NCBI GenBank assembly: GCA_950097015.1
Contig: CATNEN010000029.1
Location: forward strand, 2,232,001 to 2,296,000
Reading direction: 5' to 3'
DNA: 64,000 nucleotides
Origin: Macrostomum hystrix
Taxonomy: Eukaryota; Animalia; Platyhelminthes
Shown here: piece after piece, positions 36,770 through 50,895 of the stretch
Numbering within the stretch: the first letter of the stretch is position 1
Layout: each line of letters starts with the position of its first letter
The notes under the pieces: generated by a model
What the model was told of the DNA's origin: nothing
Databases searched by the model: none
What the model saw: the letters and a program-made list of their open reading frames with translations, nothing else
Position numbers and translations under genes: made by a program

Positions 36770-37330
36770 TTAACTGACTAGCTGGTTGAACTGACCACCC
36801 AACACCAGCAATTAGCTGACTAGCTGGTTGAACTGACCACCCAACACCAGCAATTAGCTGACTAGCTGGTTGAACTGACCACCCAACACCAGCAACTAAC
36901 TGACTAGCTGGTTGAACTGACCACCCAACACCAGCAATTAGCTGACTAGCTGGTTGAACTGACCACCCAACACCAGCAATTAGCTGACTAGCTGGTTGAA
37001 CTGACCACCCAACACCAGCAATTAGCTGACTAGCTGGTTGAACTGACCACCCAACACCAGCAATTAGCTGACTAGCTGGTTGAACTGACCACCCAACACC
37101 AGCAACTAACTGACTAGCTGGTTGAACTGACCACCCAACACCAGCAACTAACTGACTAGTTGGTTGAACTGACCACCCAACACCAGCAACTAACTTACTA
37201 GTTGGTTGAACTGACCACCCAACACCAGCAACTAACTGACTAGCTGGTTGAACTGACCACCCAACACCAGCAACTAACTTACTAGCTGGTTGAACTGACC
37301 ACCCAACACCAGCAATTAGCTGACTAGCTG
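36770..37330. repeat. 42-bp minisatellite (gactagctggttgaactgaccacccaacaccagcaattagct), about 13 copies
   Basis: Direct observation. Confidence 0.96.
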
Positions 37331-38582
37331 AGTCATTTGAGCACTCACTGCTCACGCAATAGACGATCCGTTCGCAATGCAGCCGGCAGATTCTTTGTAG
37401 GCGCAGCTTCAGCAACTGCAGCAGACATCGCCATGATATTTGACGAGGTTGCAGCGGCGGGCGCAGTATTGACTGGTCCTGTTGATGCCGTTAACGCTGC
37501 TAGCGAGCATTTTGCACCGATTCACAATGTCTTGCGTATATCTGCCTCAGGCCTCGTATCCTACATCTAGTTAAATACCCACCTAGTGGCGCATATCTCA
37601 ACAGATTTTGCGCCTCCCCCACCCCAGCCGAGATGATGCGCTGTGATAATTCAGCATATAGTAGAATCTTCCCTGGCGTTACTAATCGACCTGACAAGCA
37701 AGCCCTGCTCCAAGCTCGGCGCCCCCCATCTTGATGGTGGTGCCGCAGTATGAAATAGCCCACCGTGCCTGCCCCTCCCCGAACCGGGGCCGCTTGGAAT
37801 GATCCCTGCTAGATAGGATAAGCAAACATCACTGCTGCCCTATTTGTCGATCGCGGGCAGAGAGAGTGAGAGTAAGCCGAGAGTGAGGCAGAGGTAGTTT
37901 AATCTCTCGGCCTCCTCCCACCCAATTTTTAAGCTCTTCAGCCATCGGACCATCATTTCTGTTACTCATGCTAAGCAAGTGAGCTGAGCTGAGCTCAATT
38001 CTCGGCGGGGAAGGCGGAAAGTTATGAATAGAAGGAAACGAGAACCGATCAACAGCAGAACCGAGTCGAGTTTTATTTTCCGATCGTAAAATTGTCCCCT
38101 TTTACCAAGATCCGCAGCAGCAGACCAAAACCAAGAATTCGGGGATAAAAATAATTTATAGCCTCGACTATAGGGGAGAAAGTTAGCTTGGTCAGGCACT
38201 GAGGAAGGGGTGAGACAGCGGACGAATCTATTTGGCAGAAATGTCGACAGGGGCTGGGAGAGCAGCCGGTGCCGGTGCAATTTTAATTGGACAGAAAACG
38301 GACAACAGGCTGCATGAAAAGACCTGATGGCGGCCTTGTTCCATTTCCAGCTCCTCCGAAGTCCAGACTACCTTTTCAGGTTTGGGAGAATGTGAGTGGG
38401 AGAGAGTCATCAATCACAGGTTGCGTAGTCCCGGGTGTGGCGGGTTCAGTTTGGGGAGCTGTGCGGGAGGATGGGCCCAGAACTGCTTCATCCGGTGGGG
38501 GCTCCCATGCCAATCTCCTACCTGGCCACATCTGAGGATGGGTGAAGTTTGTGGCCTAGACTATAAGACTAAGACTCTAGAC

Positions 38583-40297
38583 CAGGGCTCGGCAAACTCC
38601 GGCCATCGGGCCAGATGCGGCCCTCAAAGCTCCCAAATCCGGTCCGTTGCCCCTTCCGACACCCGCGGTATCTGTTTGATCTCTCCCGTGTCTCATCTCT
38701 CCCGTGTCTCATCTCTCCCATGTCTCATCTCTCCCGTGTCTCATCTCTCCCTGTGTCTCATCTCTCCGTGTCTCATCTCTCCGTGTCTCATCTCTCCCGT
38801 GTCTCATCTCTCCCGTGTCTCATCTCTCCCGTGTCTCATCTCTCCCATGTCTCATCTCTCCCATGTCTCATCTCTCCCATGTCTCATCTCTCCCGTGTCT
38901 CATCTCTCCTGTGTCTCATCTCTCCTGTGTCTCATCTCTTCTGTGTCTCATCTCTCCTGTGTCTCGTCTCTTCTGTGTCTCATCTCTCATGTTTCACAAT
39001 ATCTCCCGTGTCTCATCTCTCCCATGTCTCATCTCTCCCGTGTCTCATCTCTCCCGTGTCTCATCTCTCCGTGTCTCATCTCTCCCGTGTCTCATCTCTC
39101 CCGTGTCTCATCTCTCCCGTGTCTCATCTCTCCCGTGTCTCATCTCTCCCATGTCTCATCTCTCCCATGTCTCATCTCTCCCATGTCTCATCTCTCCCGT
39201 GTCTCATCTCTCCTGTGTCTCATCTCTCCTGTGTCTCATCTCTTCTGTGTCTCATCTCTCCTGTGTCTCGTCTCTTCTGTGTCTCATCTCTCATGTTTCA
39301 CAATATCTCCCGTGTCTCATCTCTCCTGTTTCTCATCTCTCCTGTTTCTAATCTCTCCAGTTTCTCATCTCTCCTGTGTCTCATCTCTCCCGTGTCTCAT
39401 CTCTCCCGTGTCTCATCTCTCCCATGTCTCATCTCTCCCATGTCTCATCTCTCCCATGTCTCATCTCTCCCGTGTCTCATCTCTCCCATGTCTCATCTCT
39501 CCCGTGTCTCATCTCTCCCATGTCTCATCTCTCCCGTGTCTCATCTCTCCCATGTCTCATCTCTCCCATGTCTCATCTCTCCCATGTCTCATCTCTCCCG
39601 TGTCTCATCTCTCCCGTGTCTCATCTCTCCCGTGTCTCATCTCTCCCATGTCTCATCTCTCCCATGTCTCATCTCTCCCATGTCTCATCTCTCCCATGTC
39701 TCATCTCTCCCGTGTCTCATCTCTCCTGTGTCTCATCTCTTCTGTGTCTCATCTCTCCTGTGTCTCGTCTCTTCTGTGTCTCATCTCTCATGTTTCACAA
39801 TATCTCCCGTGTCTCATCTCTCCTGTTTCTCATCTCTCCTGTTTCTCATCTCTCCAGTTTCTCATCTCTCCTGTGTCTCATCTCTCCTGTGTCTCATCTC
39901 TTCTGTGTCTCATCTCTCCTGTGTCTCGTCTCTTCTGTGTCTCATCTCTTCTGTGTCTCATCTCTCCTGTGTCTCATCTCTCCCGTGTCTCATCTCTCCT
40001 GTTTCTAATCTCTCCAGTTTCTCATCTCTCCTGTGTCTCATCTCTCCTGTGTCTCATCTCTTCTGTGTCTCATCTCTCCTGTGTCTCGTCTCTTCTGTGT
40101 CTCATCTCTTCTGTGTCTCATCTCTCCTGTGTCTCATCTCTTCTGTGTCTCATCTCTCCTGTGTCTCATCTCTCCTATGTCTCATCTCTCCTGTGTCTCA
40201 TCTCTCCCCTATCTCATATTTTTACAGTCAATGCGGCCTGCTGTCGTCATTTAGATTCTCGCTTAGGCCCGCTTGCCAATGAGTTTACCGACCCCTG
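38583..40297 (+). mobile_element. Non-autonomous hAT (Charlie/MER58-like) MITE with internal minisatellite
   Basis: TIRs CAGGGCTCGGCAAACTC (38583) and GAGTTTACCGACCCCTG (ends 40297); subterminal ggccagatgcggccc; left flank ctctagac fits the NTCTAGAN Charlie target, right flank tcttagac is an imperfect TSD. Confidence 0.85.
38681..40215. repeat. 16-bp minisatellite (tctcccgtgtctcatc), about 95 units, inside the MITE
   Basis: Direct observation; marker tttcacaatatc recurs at 38992, 39296 and 39793. Confidence 0.97.
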
Positions 40298-40307
40298 TCT
40301 TAGACCG

Positions 40308-40580
40308 TGACTGTTTCACCGTATGACTGTTTCACCGTATGACTGTTTCACCGGATGACTGTTTCACCGGATGACTGTTTCACCGTATGACTGTTTCACC
40401 GGATGACTGTTTCACCGGATGACTGTTTCACCGGATGACTGTTTCACCGGATGACTGTTTCACCGGATGACTGTTTCACCGGATGACTGTTTCACCGGAT
40501 GACTGTTTCACCGGATGACTGTTTCACCGGATGACTGTTTCACCGGATGACTGTTTCACCGGATGACTGTTTCACCGGAT
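40308..40580. repeat. 16-bp minisatellite (gactgtttcaccggat), about 17 copies
   Basis: Starts immediately after the MITE right flank. Confidence 0.96.
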
Positions 40581-41024
40581 TTGCAGCTCATTTCAACAAC
40601 AGGTCTCTGAACTGCCTTTTTGAATTTATTCAATTTGGTTTCCAAGTGCCATAGGACCAATGCCTGGAAATTATAGAGGCTAAATTATTATTTATTCTTT
40701 TTTTCCGAAGGCGGCTTTTAATTATTGATAATTAATCACTGGCGTTATTAAATCGCTTTCTAGGGCGGGCAAAGCGGGTGGTGCCGCTGCGGTGAAAGCC
40801 TTTGAGCACAGACTCAAAAATAGTTTTAAGCAACCACGAAACTAGGACTCATTTTACCTGGCTTTCTAGTTTTGCTTAGCTCGAGGCGAGGCTGATGTCA
40901 TTAAAAAAGGGACCAAATTATTTTCAGTCGTCCCCGAGGTGACAAAGCAAGGCTAATGGTCCCACCTGGCTTTGATGTCTAAATAGTTAATAGTGACGTT
41001 TGTGAGGCTTGGATGAGAGCGTGT

Positions 41025-41915
41025 GCTGTGCCTGATGCTAGCTGCGTCTGATGCTAGCTGTGTCTGATGCTAGCTGTGCCTGATGCTAGCTGTGCCTGAT
41101 GCTAGCTGTGCCTGATGCTAGCTGTGCCTGATGCTAGCTGTGCCTGATGCTAGCTGTGCCTGATGCTAGCTGTGCCTGATGCTAGCTGTGCCTGATGCTA
41201 GCTGTGTCTGATGCTAGCTGTGCCTGATGCTAGCTGTGCCTGATGCTAGCTGTGTCTGATGCTAGCTGTGCCTGATGCTAGCTGCGTCTGATGCTAGCTG
41301 TGTCTGATGCTAGCTGCGTCTGATGCTAGCTGTGCCTGATGCTAGCTGCGTCTGATGCTAGCTGTGCCTGATGCTAGCTGTGCCTGATGCTAGCTGTGTC
41401 TGATGCTAGCTGTGCCTGATGCTAGCTGTGCCTGATGCTAGCTGTGTCTGATGCTAGCTGTGCCTGATGCTAGCTGTGCCTGATGCTAGCTGTGTCTGAT
41501 GCTAGCTGTGTCTGATGCTAGCTGTGCCTGATGCTAGCTGTGCCTGATGCTAGCTGTGTCTGATGCTAGCTGTGCCTGATGCTAGCTGTGCCTGATGCTA
41601 GCTGTGCCTGATGCTAGCTGTGCCTGATGCTAGCTGTGCCTGATGCTAGCTGTGTCTGATGCTAGCTGTGCCTGATGCTAGCTGTGCCTGATGCTAGCTG
41701 TGTCTGATGCTAGCTGTGCCTGATGCTAGCTGTGCCTGATGCTAGCTGTGCCTGATGCTAGCTGTGTCTGATGCTAGCTGTGTCTGATGCTAGCTGTGCC
41801 TGATGCTAGCTGTGCCTGATGCTAGCTGTGTCTGATGCTAGCTGTGCCTGATGCTAGCTGTGCCTGATGCTAGCTGTGCCTGATGCTAGCTGTGCCTGAT
41901 GCTAGCTGTGTCTGA
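41025..41915. repeat. 16-bp minisatellite (tgatgctagctgtgcc), about 55 copies
   Basis: Direct observation. Confidence 0.97.
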
Positions 41916-42969
41916 TTATAGTTAGTTCTGCAAGCAGATTGGCCCCAGTTGAACTCAAACTGTCCTGTGCTCAGAGTGTCATAAAATTAGTTGACACTCC
42001 AGCGAAGCGCATCTTTTAGGGCCAGCCGGGTTTCCCAGTTTCTTCCGCCCTATTTTGCTGCTCTGAAAAGACGAATTGGGCCCGGTGAAAAAAAACTCAA
42101 CGGGAAGTAGTGTCAATGACTAGCCCGGTAGCCACTGAGGCAGCCAGTCAACAATCATTGGCTCAGTAATTGAGGATTGAATGAAAAATTTCACACAGCG
42201 GTAACTGGCAATTCTATGGCTGCATTGGAAGTGGCCGTCCCTGACTCATCTGGCTCAGCTGAAGGACCACAGCCAACCTCAGGATGGCGGATGATCGCAA
42301 ATAGATGAAATCACGGAGACTGAGTGGGGGTATTTGGCCAAACACACTGACGACTTCTCTTCTGAAATAGCAAATCATAATAGAAACTCTTCACCGGCTT
42401 CTGTGTGTGCACTAGCTTCAGGCCGCAACGGCCCGTGATTTTTTTGTAGCTTGACAAATTCTTATAGGCTGCGTAGACCCTGCTTGTAATTTCCACCGCC
42501 TTACAACCTCTCTGCCCTCTCTCTCTCTCTCGCTCTCTAGACTCTCAGAAGCGTGTTCAGTGAGTTGGTGTAACAGAATTATCGCCCTCTCATACCCAGC
42601 AAGTCGCCGCGAGTCCGTTGTCACTCGTCTCTGGGACTCCGTCTTTTGGTTGGCGACGAAGCTGACGATGCAACTCTTTGGGCCTATAATTCAAACACAT
42701 TCTTGGTGTGTGTGGTAGGAGTGGGGCTAACCTAGTTAGCAGTGGTATAGCGCACGCCCACTATTGAGTGGATGTGATGAGGATCCAACAAGCGGATGCT
42801 GCTCTCTCTCAGGCCCAACTCCTGGCCTCAGAACTCCGTCTTGCCCGACCCTCTGTCATAGAGTGTCTTCTTTGCGCTACTGGAAATCACTTTGCACTTT
42901 GCAATAAAAGCAGCGGCTACTTTACGCAGACCGTTAATTTAATTTTTCTAAGAAAAAATTGCCACCGCT

Positions 42970-45900
42970 TCGTCTGGCTTAGGTTGCGACACTTTCTTCC
43001 GTCGTTGGAAAAAGAAACTAGAAATTCGTGTCGTTTAGGTTGAGACACTTTTCTTCCGTCGTTGGAAAAAGGAACTATAAATAGAAATTCGTGTCGTTTA
43101 GGTTGCGACACTTTCTTCCGTCGTTGGAAAAAGGAACTATAAATAGAAATTCGTGTCGTTTAGGTTGAGACACTTTTCTTCCGTCGTTGGAAAAAGGAAC
43201 TATAAATAGAAATTCGTGTCGTTTAGGTTGAGACACTTTTCTTCCGTCGTTGGAAAAAGGAACTATAAATAGAAATTCGTGTCGTTTAGGTTGCGACACT
43301 TTCTTCCGTCCTTGGAAAGAGGAACTAGAAATTCGTGTGGTTTAGGTTGCGACACTTTCTTCCGTCGTTGGAAAAAGGAACTAGAAATTCGGCTGGTTTA
43401 GGTTGCGACACTTTCTTCCGTCGTTGGAAAAAGAAACTAGAAATTCGTGTGGTTTAGGTTGCGACACTTTCTTCTGTCGTTTGAAAAAGAAACTAGAAAT
43501 TCGTGTGGTTTAGGTTGCGACACTTTCTTCCGTCGTTGGAAAAAGAAACTAGAAATTCGTGTGGTTTAAGTTGCGACACTTTCTTCCGTCGTTGGAAAGA
43601 GGAACTAGAAATTCGTGTGGTTTAGGTTGCGACACTTTTCTTCCGTCGTTGGAAAGAGGAACTAGAAATTCGTGTGGTTTAGGTTGCGACACTTTCTTCC
43701 GTCGTTGGATAGAGGAACTAGAAATTCGTGTGGTTTAGGTTGCGACACTTTTCTTCCGTCGTTGGAAAAAGAAACTAGAAATTCGTGTGGTTTAGGTTGC
43801 GACACTTTCTTCCGTCGTTGGAAAGAGGAACTAGAAATTCGTGTGGTTTAGGTTGCGACACTTTTCTTCTGTCGTTGGAAAAAGAAACTAGAAATTCGTG
43901 TGGTTTAGGTTGCGACACTTTTCTTCCGTCGTTGGAAAAAGAAACTAGAAATTCGTGTGGTTTAGGTTGCGACACTTTTCTTCCGTCGTTGGAAAAAGAA
44001 ACTAGAAATTCGTGTGGTTTAGGTTGCGACACTTTTCTTCTGTCGTTTGAAAAAGAAACTAGAAATTCGTGTGGTTTAGGTTGCGACACTTTTCTTCCGT
44101 CGTTGGAAAAAGAAACTAGAAATTCGTGTGGTTTAGGTTGCGACACTTTTCTTCCGTCGTTGGAAAAAGAAACTAGAAATTCGTGTGGTTTAGGTTGCGA
44201 CACTTTTCTTCCGTCGTTGGAAAAAGAAACTAGAAATTCGTGTGGTTTAGGTTGCGACACTTTCTTCCGTAGTTGGAAAAAGGAACTAGAAATTCGGCTG
44301 GTTTAGGTTGCGACACTTTTCTTCCGTCGTTGGAAAGAGGAACTAGAAATTCGTGTGGTTTAGGTTGCGACACTTTTCTTCTGTCGTTGGAAAAAGAAAC
44401 TAGAAATTCGTGTGGTTTAGGTTGCGACACTTTTCTTCCGTCGTTGGAAAGAGGAACTAGAAATTCGTGTGGTTTAGGTTGCGACACTTTCTTCCGTCGT
44501 TGGATAGAGGAACTAGAAATTCGTGTGGTTTAGGTTGAGATACTTTTCTTCCGTCGTTGGAAAAAGAAACTAGAAATTCGTGTGGTTTAGGTTGCGACAC
44601 TTTCTTCTGTCGTTTGAAAAAGAAACTAGAAATTCGTGTGGTTTAGGTTGCGACACTTTTCTTCCGTCGTTGGAAAAAGAAACTAGAAATTCGTGTGGTT
44701 TAGGTTGCGACACTTTTCTTCCGTCGTTGGAAAAAGAAACTAGAAATTCGTGTGGTTTAGGTTGCGACACTTTTCTTCCGTCGTTGGAAAAAGAAACTAG
44801 AAATTCGTGTGGTTTAGGTTGCGACACTTTCTTCCGTAGTTGGAAAAAGGAACTAGAAATTCGGCTGGTTTAGGTTGCGACACTTTTCTTCCGTCGTTGG
44901 AAAGAGGAACTAGAAATTCGTGTGGTTTAGGTTGCGACACTTTTCTTCTGTCGTTGGAAAAAGAAACTAGAAATTCGTGTGGTTTAGGTTGCGACACTTT
45001 CTTCCGTAGTTGGAAAAAGGAACTAGAAATTCGGCTGGTTTAGGTTGCGACACTTTTCTTCCGTCGTTGGAAAGAGGAACTAGAAATTCGTGTGGTTTAG
45101 GTTGCGACACTTTTCTTCTGTCGTTGGAAAAAGAAACTAGAAATTCGTGTGGTTTAGGTTGCGACACTTTTCTTCCGTCGTTGGAAAGAGGAACTAGAAA
45201 TTCGTGTGGTTTAGGTTGCGACACTTTCTTCCGTCGTTGGATAGAGGAACTAGAAATTCGTGTGGTTTAGGTTGAGATACTTTTCTTCCGTCGTTGGAAA
45301 AAGAAACTAGAAATTCGTGTGGTTTAGGTTGCGACACTTTCTTCTGTCGTTTGAAAAAGAAACTAGAAATTCGTGTGGTTTAGGTTGCGACACTTTCTTC
45401 CGTCGTTGGAAAAAGAAACTAGAAATTCGTGTGGTTTAGGTTGCGACACTTTTCTTCCGTCGTTGGAAAAAGGAACTAGAAATTCGTGTGGTTTAGGTTG
45501 AGATACTTTCTTCCGTAGTTGGAAAAAGAAACTAGAAATTCGGCTGGTTTAGGTTGCGACACTTTCTTCCGTAGTTGGAAAAAGAAACTAGAAATTCGTG
45601 TGGTTTAGGTTGAGATACTTTTCTTCCGTAGTTGGAAAAAGAAACTAGAAATTCGTGTGGTTTAGGTTGAGACACTTTCTTCCGTCGTTGGAAAAAGGAC
45701 CTAGAAATTCGTGTGGTTTAGGTTGCGACACTTTTCTTCCGTCGTTGGAAAAAGGACCTAGAAATTCGTGTGGTTTAGGTTGCGACACTTTTCTTCTGTC
45801 GTTGGAAAAAGGAACTAGAAATTCGGCTGGTTTAGGTTGCGACACTTTCTTCCGTAGTTGGAAAAAGAAACTAGAAATTCGTGTGGTTTAGGTTGAGACA

Positions 45901-46046
45901 CTTTTCTTCTGTCGTTGGAAAAAGGAACTAGAAATTCGTGTCGTTTAGGTTGCGACACTTTTCTTCTGTCGTTGGAAAAAGGAACTAGAAATTCGGCTGG
46001 TTTAGGTTGCGACACTTTCTTCCGTAGTTGGAAAAAGAAACTAGAA
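42970..46046. repeat. 56-57-bp satellite (gaaactagaaattcgtgtggtttaggttgcgacacttttcttccgtcgttggaaaaa), about 54 copies
   Basis: Direct observation; early units carry an extra ataaatag; higher-order duplications present. Confidence 0.97.
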
Positions 46047-47211
46047 AAAGAATGAGCCAGTTTGCCATTTCTAGGGAGTTGTAAGTCATTGTAAATTTTG
46101 GGCATTGTTAACGGTCTATAAATGTGACAACTTATTCATTCAATTTCTAAGTGGGTCGTCTATTTATCAAATCAGTTGTGCACTGCCAACGTGTTTTCAA
46201 AAAAAATATTTCCCTCCTAGAAGCGATCTTTCATCAAGCCAGCAAAACTTGAATTGCTAAATCTGCTGTGTGTTTGGATGAATAGTCAAAGTGTATCCTT
46301 GCGTTTTTTTCTTCAGCTTTCGCAATGCACTGCGAGGTAAGCAATTCACCTAAGGTCTAAGTCAACCTCATCGCAGGCACATCCCCAACAGACTCCTAGC
46401 GGAAAGGGGCACGGGATGGTTTGGGAAGATAGACTATTTTTTTCTGCTGGTGATCGATAGACAGATCTGAGCGAGACTGTGATCGAGTCCGGCAGGCTTG
46501 GTGTTTGGCCTTCACTTCCGGTCCGGGATGGACTCAGCGGACCTGTGTACCCACATCCCCTACTGTTTTTTGTGTGGCTGCGTGGCTGTTTGAATCAGAG
46601 AATCTATGGAGTAGGGGCAGTTTTGCAGAGCCTGAAGACAGGAGAATAATTTGGAAGTCAAGCCGAGCCGAAAGCTAAGAATGAGAGAGAGGAGGGATTT
46701 AGAAGGACAAAATCGAGCCAGCTTGATGGCTGAGATTGGAACGCAGGAGAAATCTGAGGGCCTCCGGGGCGAGCTAATGGCGGAGGATTTCCAATTTCTA
46801 ACCGGAAGTTTCATTTCTCGGGGGCAAGGCGCAGCTCCCCGTCCAGCCCCCACTGGCCTGAGAGACTTTTCATCTTTCTCCCTATAGGAGGCCCTGCTTC
46901 GTCTCCACTGCCTGCTTGACGGGACTGGATAGCGCAGGTTCTACTCATCCCTAACCTCCTCCTGCTGCTGATGCTGCCTCCTGACTGACGGAATTTCCTG
47001 CCTATACTCCGTCTGCCCCGCCTAGAGGAATGCGTAGCTTTATCTTCTTCTCCAGGCTCTTGGCTGATCTGGAATTCGCGGCAGCACCATCGGGATGCGC
47101 CGCACCATCTCGCTGGCCTCTTTTCAAAAGAGAGAGAAAGAGAAGGAGAGGAGTGAAACTGTTTAAAGTGCACTATGTTCGCTGAAGAGAGTCAGTAACA
47201 ACCTGATGGCT

Positions 47212-47550
47212 TCTAATAATAATAATAATAATAATATTGCAGGAGGGCTGCGGGCAATGGCACATCATTTGGTGACACTAGACCCGCAGCCAGTGAGGAG
47301 GCAATTCTGCCCATTCCGCTAACTCCTGAGCACACACGCACACAGATACTGTACGCAGGCACACACACACAGGTGTGTACATCTGCCCTGACTTTCTCAT
47401 CGTCAGGCAGTGCAAACTCTCCACTGTGCCTTGTGCACGACAAGCCCCCAAGCCTTCTCCTCCGCGGCTGCGCCACAAATGAAAGTGGCCTCGCCGCTCA
47501 GGGACCTTGGTACGAGAGGAAAACGCGTTAGACCGCTCTGCCACCCACCC
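47212..47550 (-). mobile_element. SINE family 2, full length with 10-bp TSD
   Basis: TSD cctgatggct at 47202-47211 and 47551-47560; head gggtgggtggcagagcggtctaacgcg; (ATT)n tail. Confidence 0.93.
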
Positions 47551-48345
47551 CCTGATGGCTAATAACAAACGGTTGAATGAATGACTAGCTAATGGACTTC
47601 GCAAAATCGTTAATTGTACACAGGCACAAATAAAGAACAATGGGTTGGCTATTACCAGTATCTTTCACATTCTTCAAACATTAAAACTAGGCTTTCAATT
47701 TGCTTGAATCTTCTTTCAGTATCACAGCAAAAGCAATAGCCGATGTAGCCAGCATATTATGTGGAGCTTTCAGACGGAGAGTGTAGCAAAGCACAGGGAC
47801 CCCTATCTTCTGCTTCTGCAGCTTTTGATGTTTGAAAGAACCCGCAGAAAGATAGGGGAGGGCAGAGGAGAGAAGCCGACGCCAAGGGAAGTGATCGAGC
47901 TAATCTTTTCATCCTGTTCTTTTCTCCCGAAAAAGGCTGCTCAGGATTGAGCAGGTGTGGAAGCAGATAATTTATTGTATTCCTCAATACTCGCAGGAGT
48001 ATAATGCTGCATCGGGTGGAGAGGCGACGAGACCACAGCTCTGCGCACAGAGCGGGCGCACAGGGTTTAGACGGCGGTGTAGCGATTAAATTATTGGGGA
48101 ACGGAACAATTTTTGTCTGATTTTGCCCTTCTACCCATCGGGACGAAATCGGGAATTTTCCGATTGTTGGAAAAGATAATGCCGCATTATATGCCGCTAT
48201 TTAGATGCTTCTGCTATGGTCTGTTGACAATCTCGATTCTGACTCTTTGTTAAACTCTAGCTTTTGCAGATCACCCATTTTGATTTAGTAGGCAGTAGCC
48301 CCTCCTGATGTCACTGCAATCTCAGCGCAGTGACTATGGATTCCG

Positions 48346-48815
48346 TGACTGTCACAGTCACAGTCACAGTCACAGTCAGTCACTCAGTTGCAGTCACACA
48401 CAGTCACTCAGTCACAGTCACAGTCACAGTCACTCAGTTGCAGTCACAGTCACAGTCACAGTCACAGTCACAGTCATAGTCAGTCACTCAGTTGCAGTCA
48501 CACACAGTCACTCAGTCACAGTCACAGTCACAGTCACTCAGTTGCAGTCACAGTCACAGTCACAGTCACAGTCACAGTCACAGTCACAGTCACAGTCAGT
48601 CACTCAGTTGCAGTCACAGTCACAGTCAGTCACTCAGTTGCAGTCACAGTCACAGTCAGTCACTCAGTTGCAGTCACAGTCACAGTCACAGTCACAGTCA
48701 CAGTCAGTCACTCAGTTGCAGTCACAGTCACAGTCACAGTCACAGTCACAGTCACAGTCACAGTCACAGTCACGGCCACAGTCACAGTCACAGTCACAGT
48801 TACAGTCACAGTCAC
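48346..48815. repeat. (CAGTCA)n hexamer microsatellite with ctcagttg interruptions
   Basis: Direct observation. Confidence 0.97.
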
Positions 48816-49049
48816 TCGCATATCTGAATAATTTACCTGGAAAATGACCTTCTGGGACCTCTGGCTGTGCGGTGATCAATGTCGCGATAGTACGGTCCTT
48901 CTTCCATGCCAGTTAAGGTCGGGCAGGACTGGGTGGCTGGCTATGTTCTTTCATCTAACCGAGCCGCTGACTTTGCTTGTCTAAGACGGAATCTTAAGAA
49001 TTAGTGCACAGAACCTAATGGGAGAGTTGAATATAGAGTCTGTTCAATT

Positions 49050-49050
<1 letters not shown>

Positions 49051-49092
<42 letters not shown>
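49051..49092. repeat. (CAG)14 microsatellite
   Basis: Counted directly. Confidence 0.97.
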
Positions 49093-49095
<3 letters not shown>

Positions 49096-50114
49096 CTCAC
49101 CTATTTCAACTGGGGGTTAGGGTTCCGAGCGGTACGGGCGATTGCAATTGCCTTACTAGTCCAACCAATAGCGGAACAGACAGCTAAGCACATAGATGCC
49201 TATAGCAAGATGAAAGCTATAGTTCTGTGCACTGCAGAATTGATGCTAAAAAATAGCAAATTCAACTATGGGCATACTTTGAGATCCTTTGCAAACAAGC
49301 TTCATCAACTACGGCAGCATCCGAGCTGTTTCTCTATTGCATACGGCTGAAAAATACTAAAAAAACGGACTCTCTCCCCAGCAACTCTGCCTCATCTCTT
49401 TACCAATCTATCCTGTGTGAAATATGAAGCTTGGAAGGTTAGTACAGACTCTTAAGTGTGTGATAAAATGTTGTGAAAGTATAGTGTTAAAAAAGTTAGT
49501 AAAAAGACAGAACTGCGCTTCCCGTTATACACTTCGAAGAGAAGTGAATGAAATCTAAAATAGAGGCTTTAACAATTCTATTTCCTTCTCGCACTTCCAA
49601 ACCTTTTGTCTTCATCAATCTACCAATGCACATGAAAACTGCATCCTAATTCCATATATGGCTTGGGCCGACCGTCCCACAGAATTGCTGTAAAAAAGGG
49701 AACAGAGAGCAAACATGTTTCATCAGTGAGCAACGCCCACACATACTCTCCGAATGTATTGAATGCAGATAAATAGAGAATAACTGCCACTGCATAATTG
49801 CCGGGTTAGTCAAAGCCAACTGTTCTTGCCTCACCGTCCAAAACCCATGGTACTCTGAATGTCTTCCTTTGTAATTTAGTAGAAAAAATGCGCCAGATAG
49901 GTCCTTTTGAAAAAAAACAAGTAAAAATAAATCCGACTTGGAGACTAAAAATGTTATATACAGTTTTTAATCATACTAGTAATTGAAGAAAAAACACTGG
50001 CTTGTCTTTATGAAAGGCAACAGTGCTCGAATTCACCCTTCTTGGCTTGGGCTACAAAGTTTGCTAAGGATCCTGCTACAATTTTTCTAAGAATTTCAAA
50101 GAATCATGCAACGG

Positions 50115-50895
50115 TTCTTTCTAAGAATCCTCCAACGGTTCTTTCTAAGAATCCTCCAACGGTTCTTTCTAAGAATTCTCCAATGGTTTTTTAATTCTCC
50201 AATGATACTTTCTAAGAATCCTCCAACGGTTCTTTCTAAGAATTCTCCAATGGTTTTTTTTTTCTCCAATGATACTTTCTAAGAATCCTCCAACGGTTCT
50301 TTCTAAGAAACCTCCAACGGTTCTTTCTAAGAAACCTCCAACGGTTCTTTCTAAGAATTCTCCAATGGTTTTTTTTCTCCAATGATACTTTCTAAGAATC
50401 CTCCAACGGTTCTTTCTAAGAAACCTCCAACGGTTCTTTCTAAGAACCCTCCAACGGTTCTTTCTAAGAAACCTCCAACGGTTCTTTCTAAGAATTCTCC
50501 AATGGTTTTTTTTCTCCAATGATACTTTCTAAGAATCCTCCAACGGTTCTTTCTAAGAAACCTCCAACGGTTCTTTCTAAGAATCCTCCAACGGTTCTTT
50601 CTAAGAATCCTCCAACGGTTCTTTCTAAGAATCCTCCAACGGTTCTTTCTAAGAATTCTCCAATGGTTTTTTTAAATCCTCCAATGATACTTTCTAAGAA
50701 TCCTCCAACGGTTCTTTCTCAGAAACCTCCAACGGTTCCTTCTAAGAATCCTCCAACGGTTCTTTCTAAGAATCTTCTAACGGTTCTTTCTAAGAATATT
50801 CTAACGGTTCTTTCTAAGAATCATCCAACGATACTTTCTAAGAATATTCTAACGGTTCTTTCTAAGAAACCTCCAACGATTTTAAGAAACCTCCA
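50115..50895. repeat. 24-bp minisatellite (ttctttctaagaatcctccaacgg)
   Basis: Direct observation with variant units. Confidence 0.95.

Noticed and set aside
38382-40310. 642-aa and 555-aa Cys/Ser-rich ORFs
   Set aside because: Translation of the 16-bp MITE minisatellite in rotating frames; not coding.
42970-46046. CRISPR-like appearance of regular arrays
   Set aside because: No unique spacers, no cas genes, eukaryotic context.
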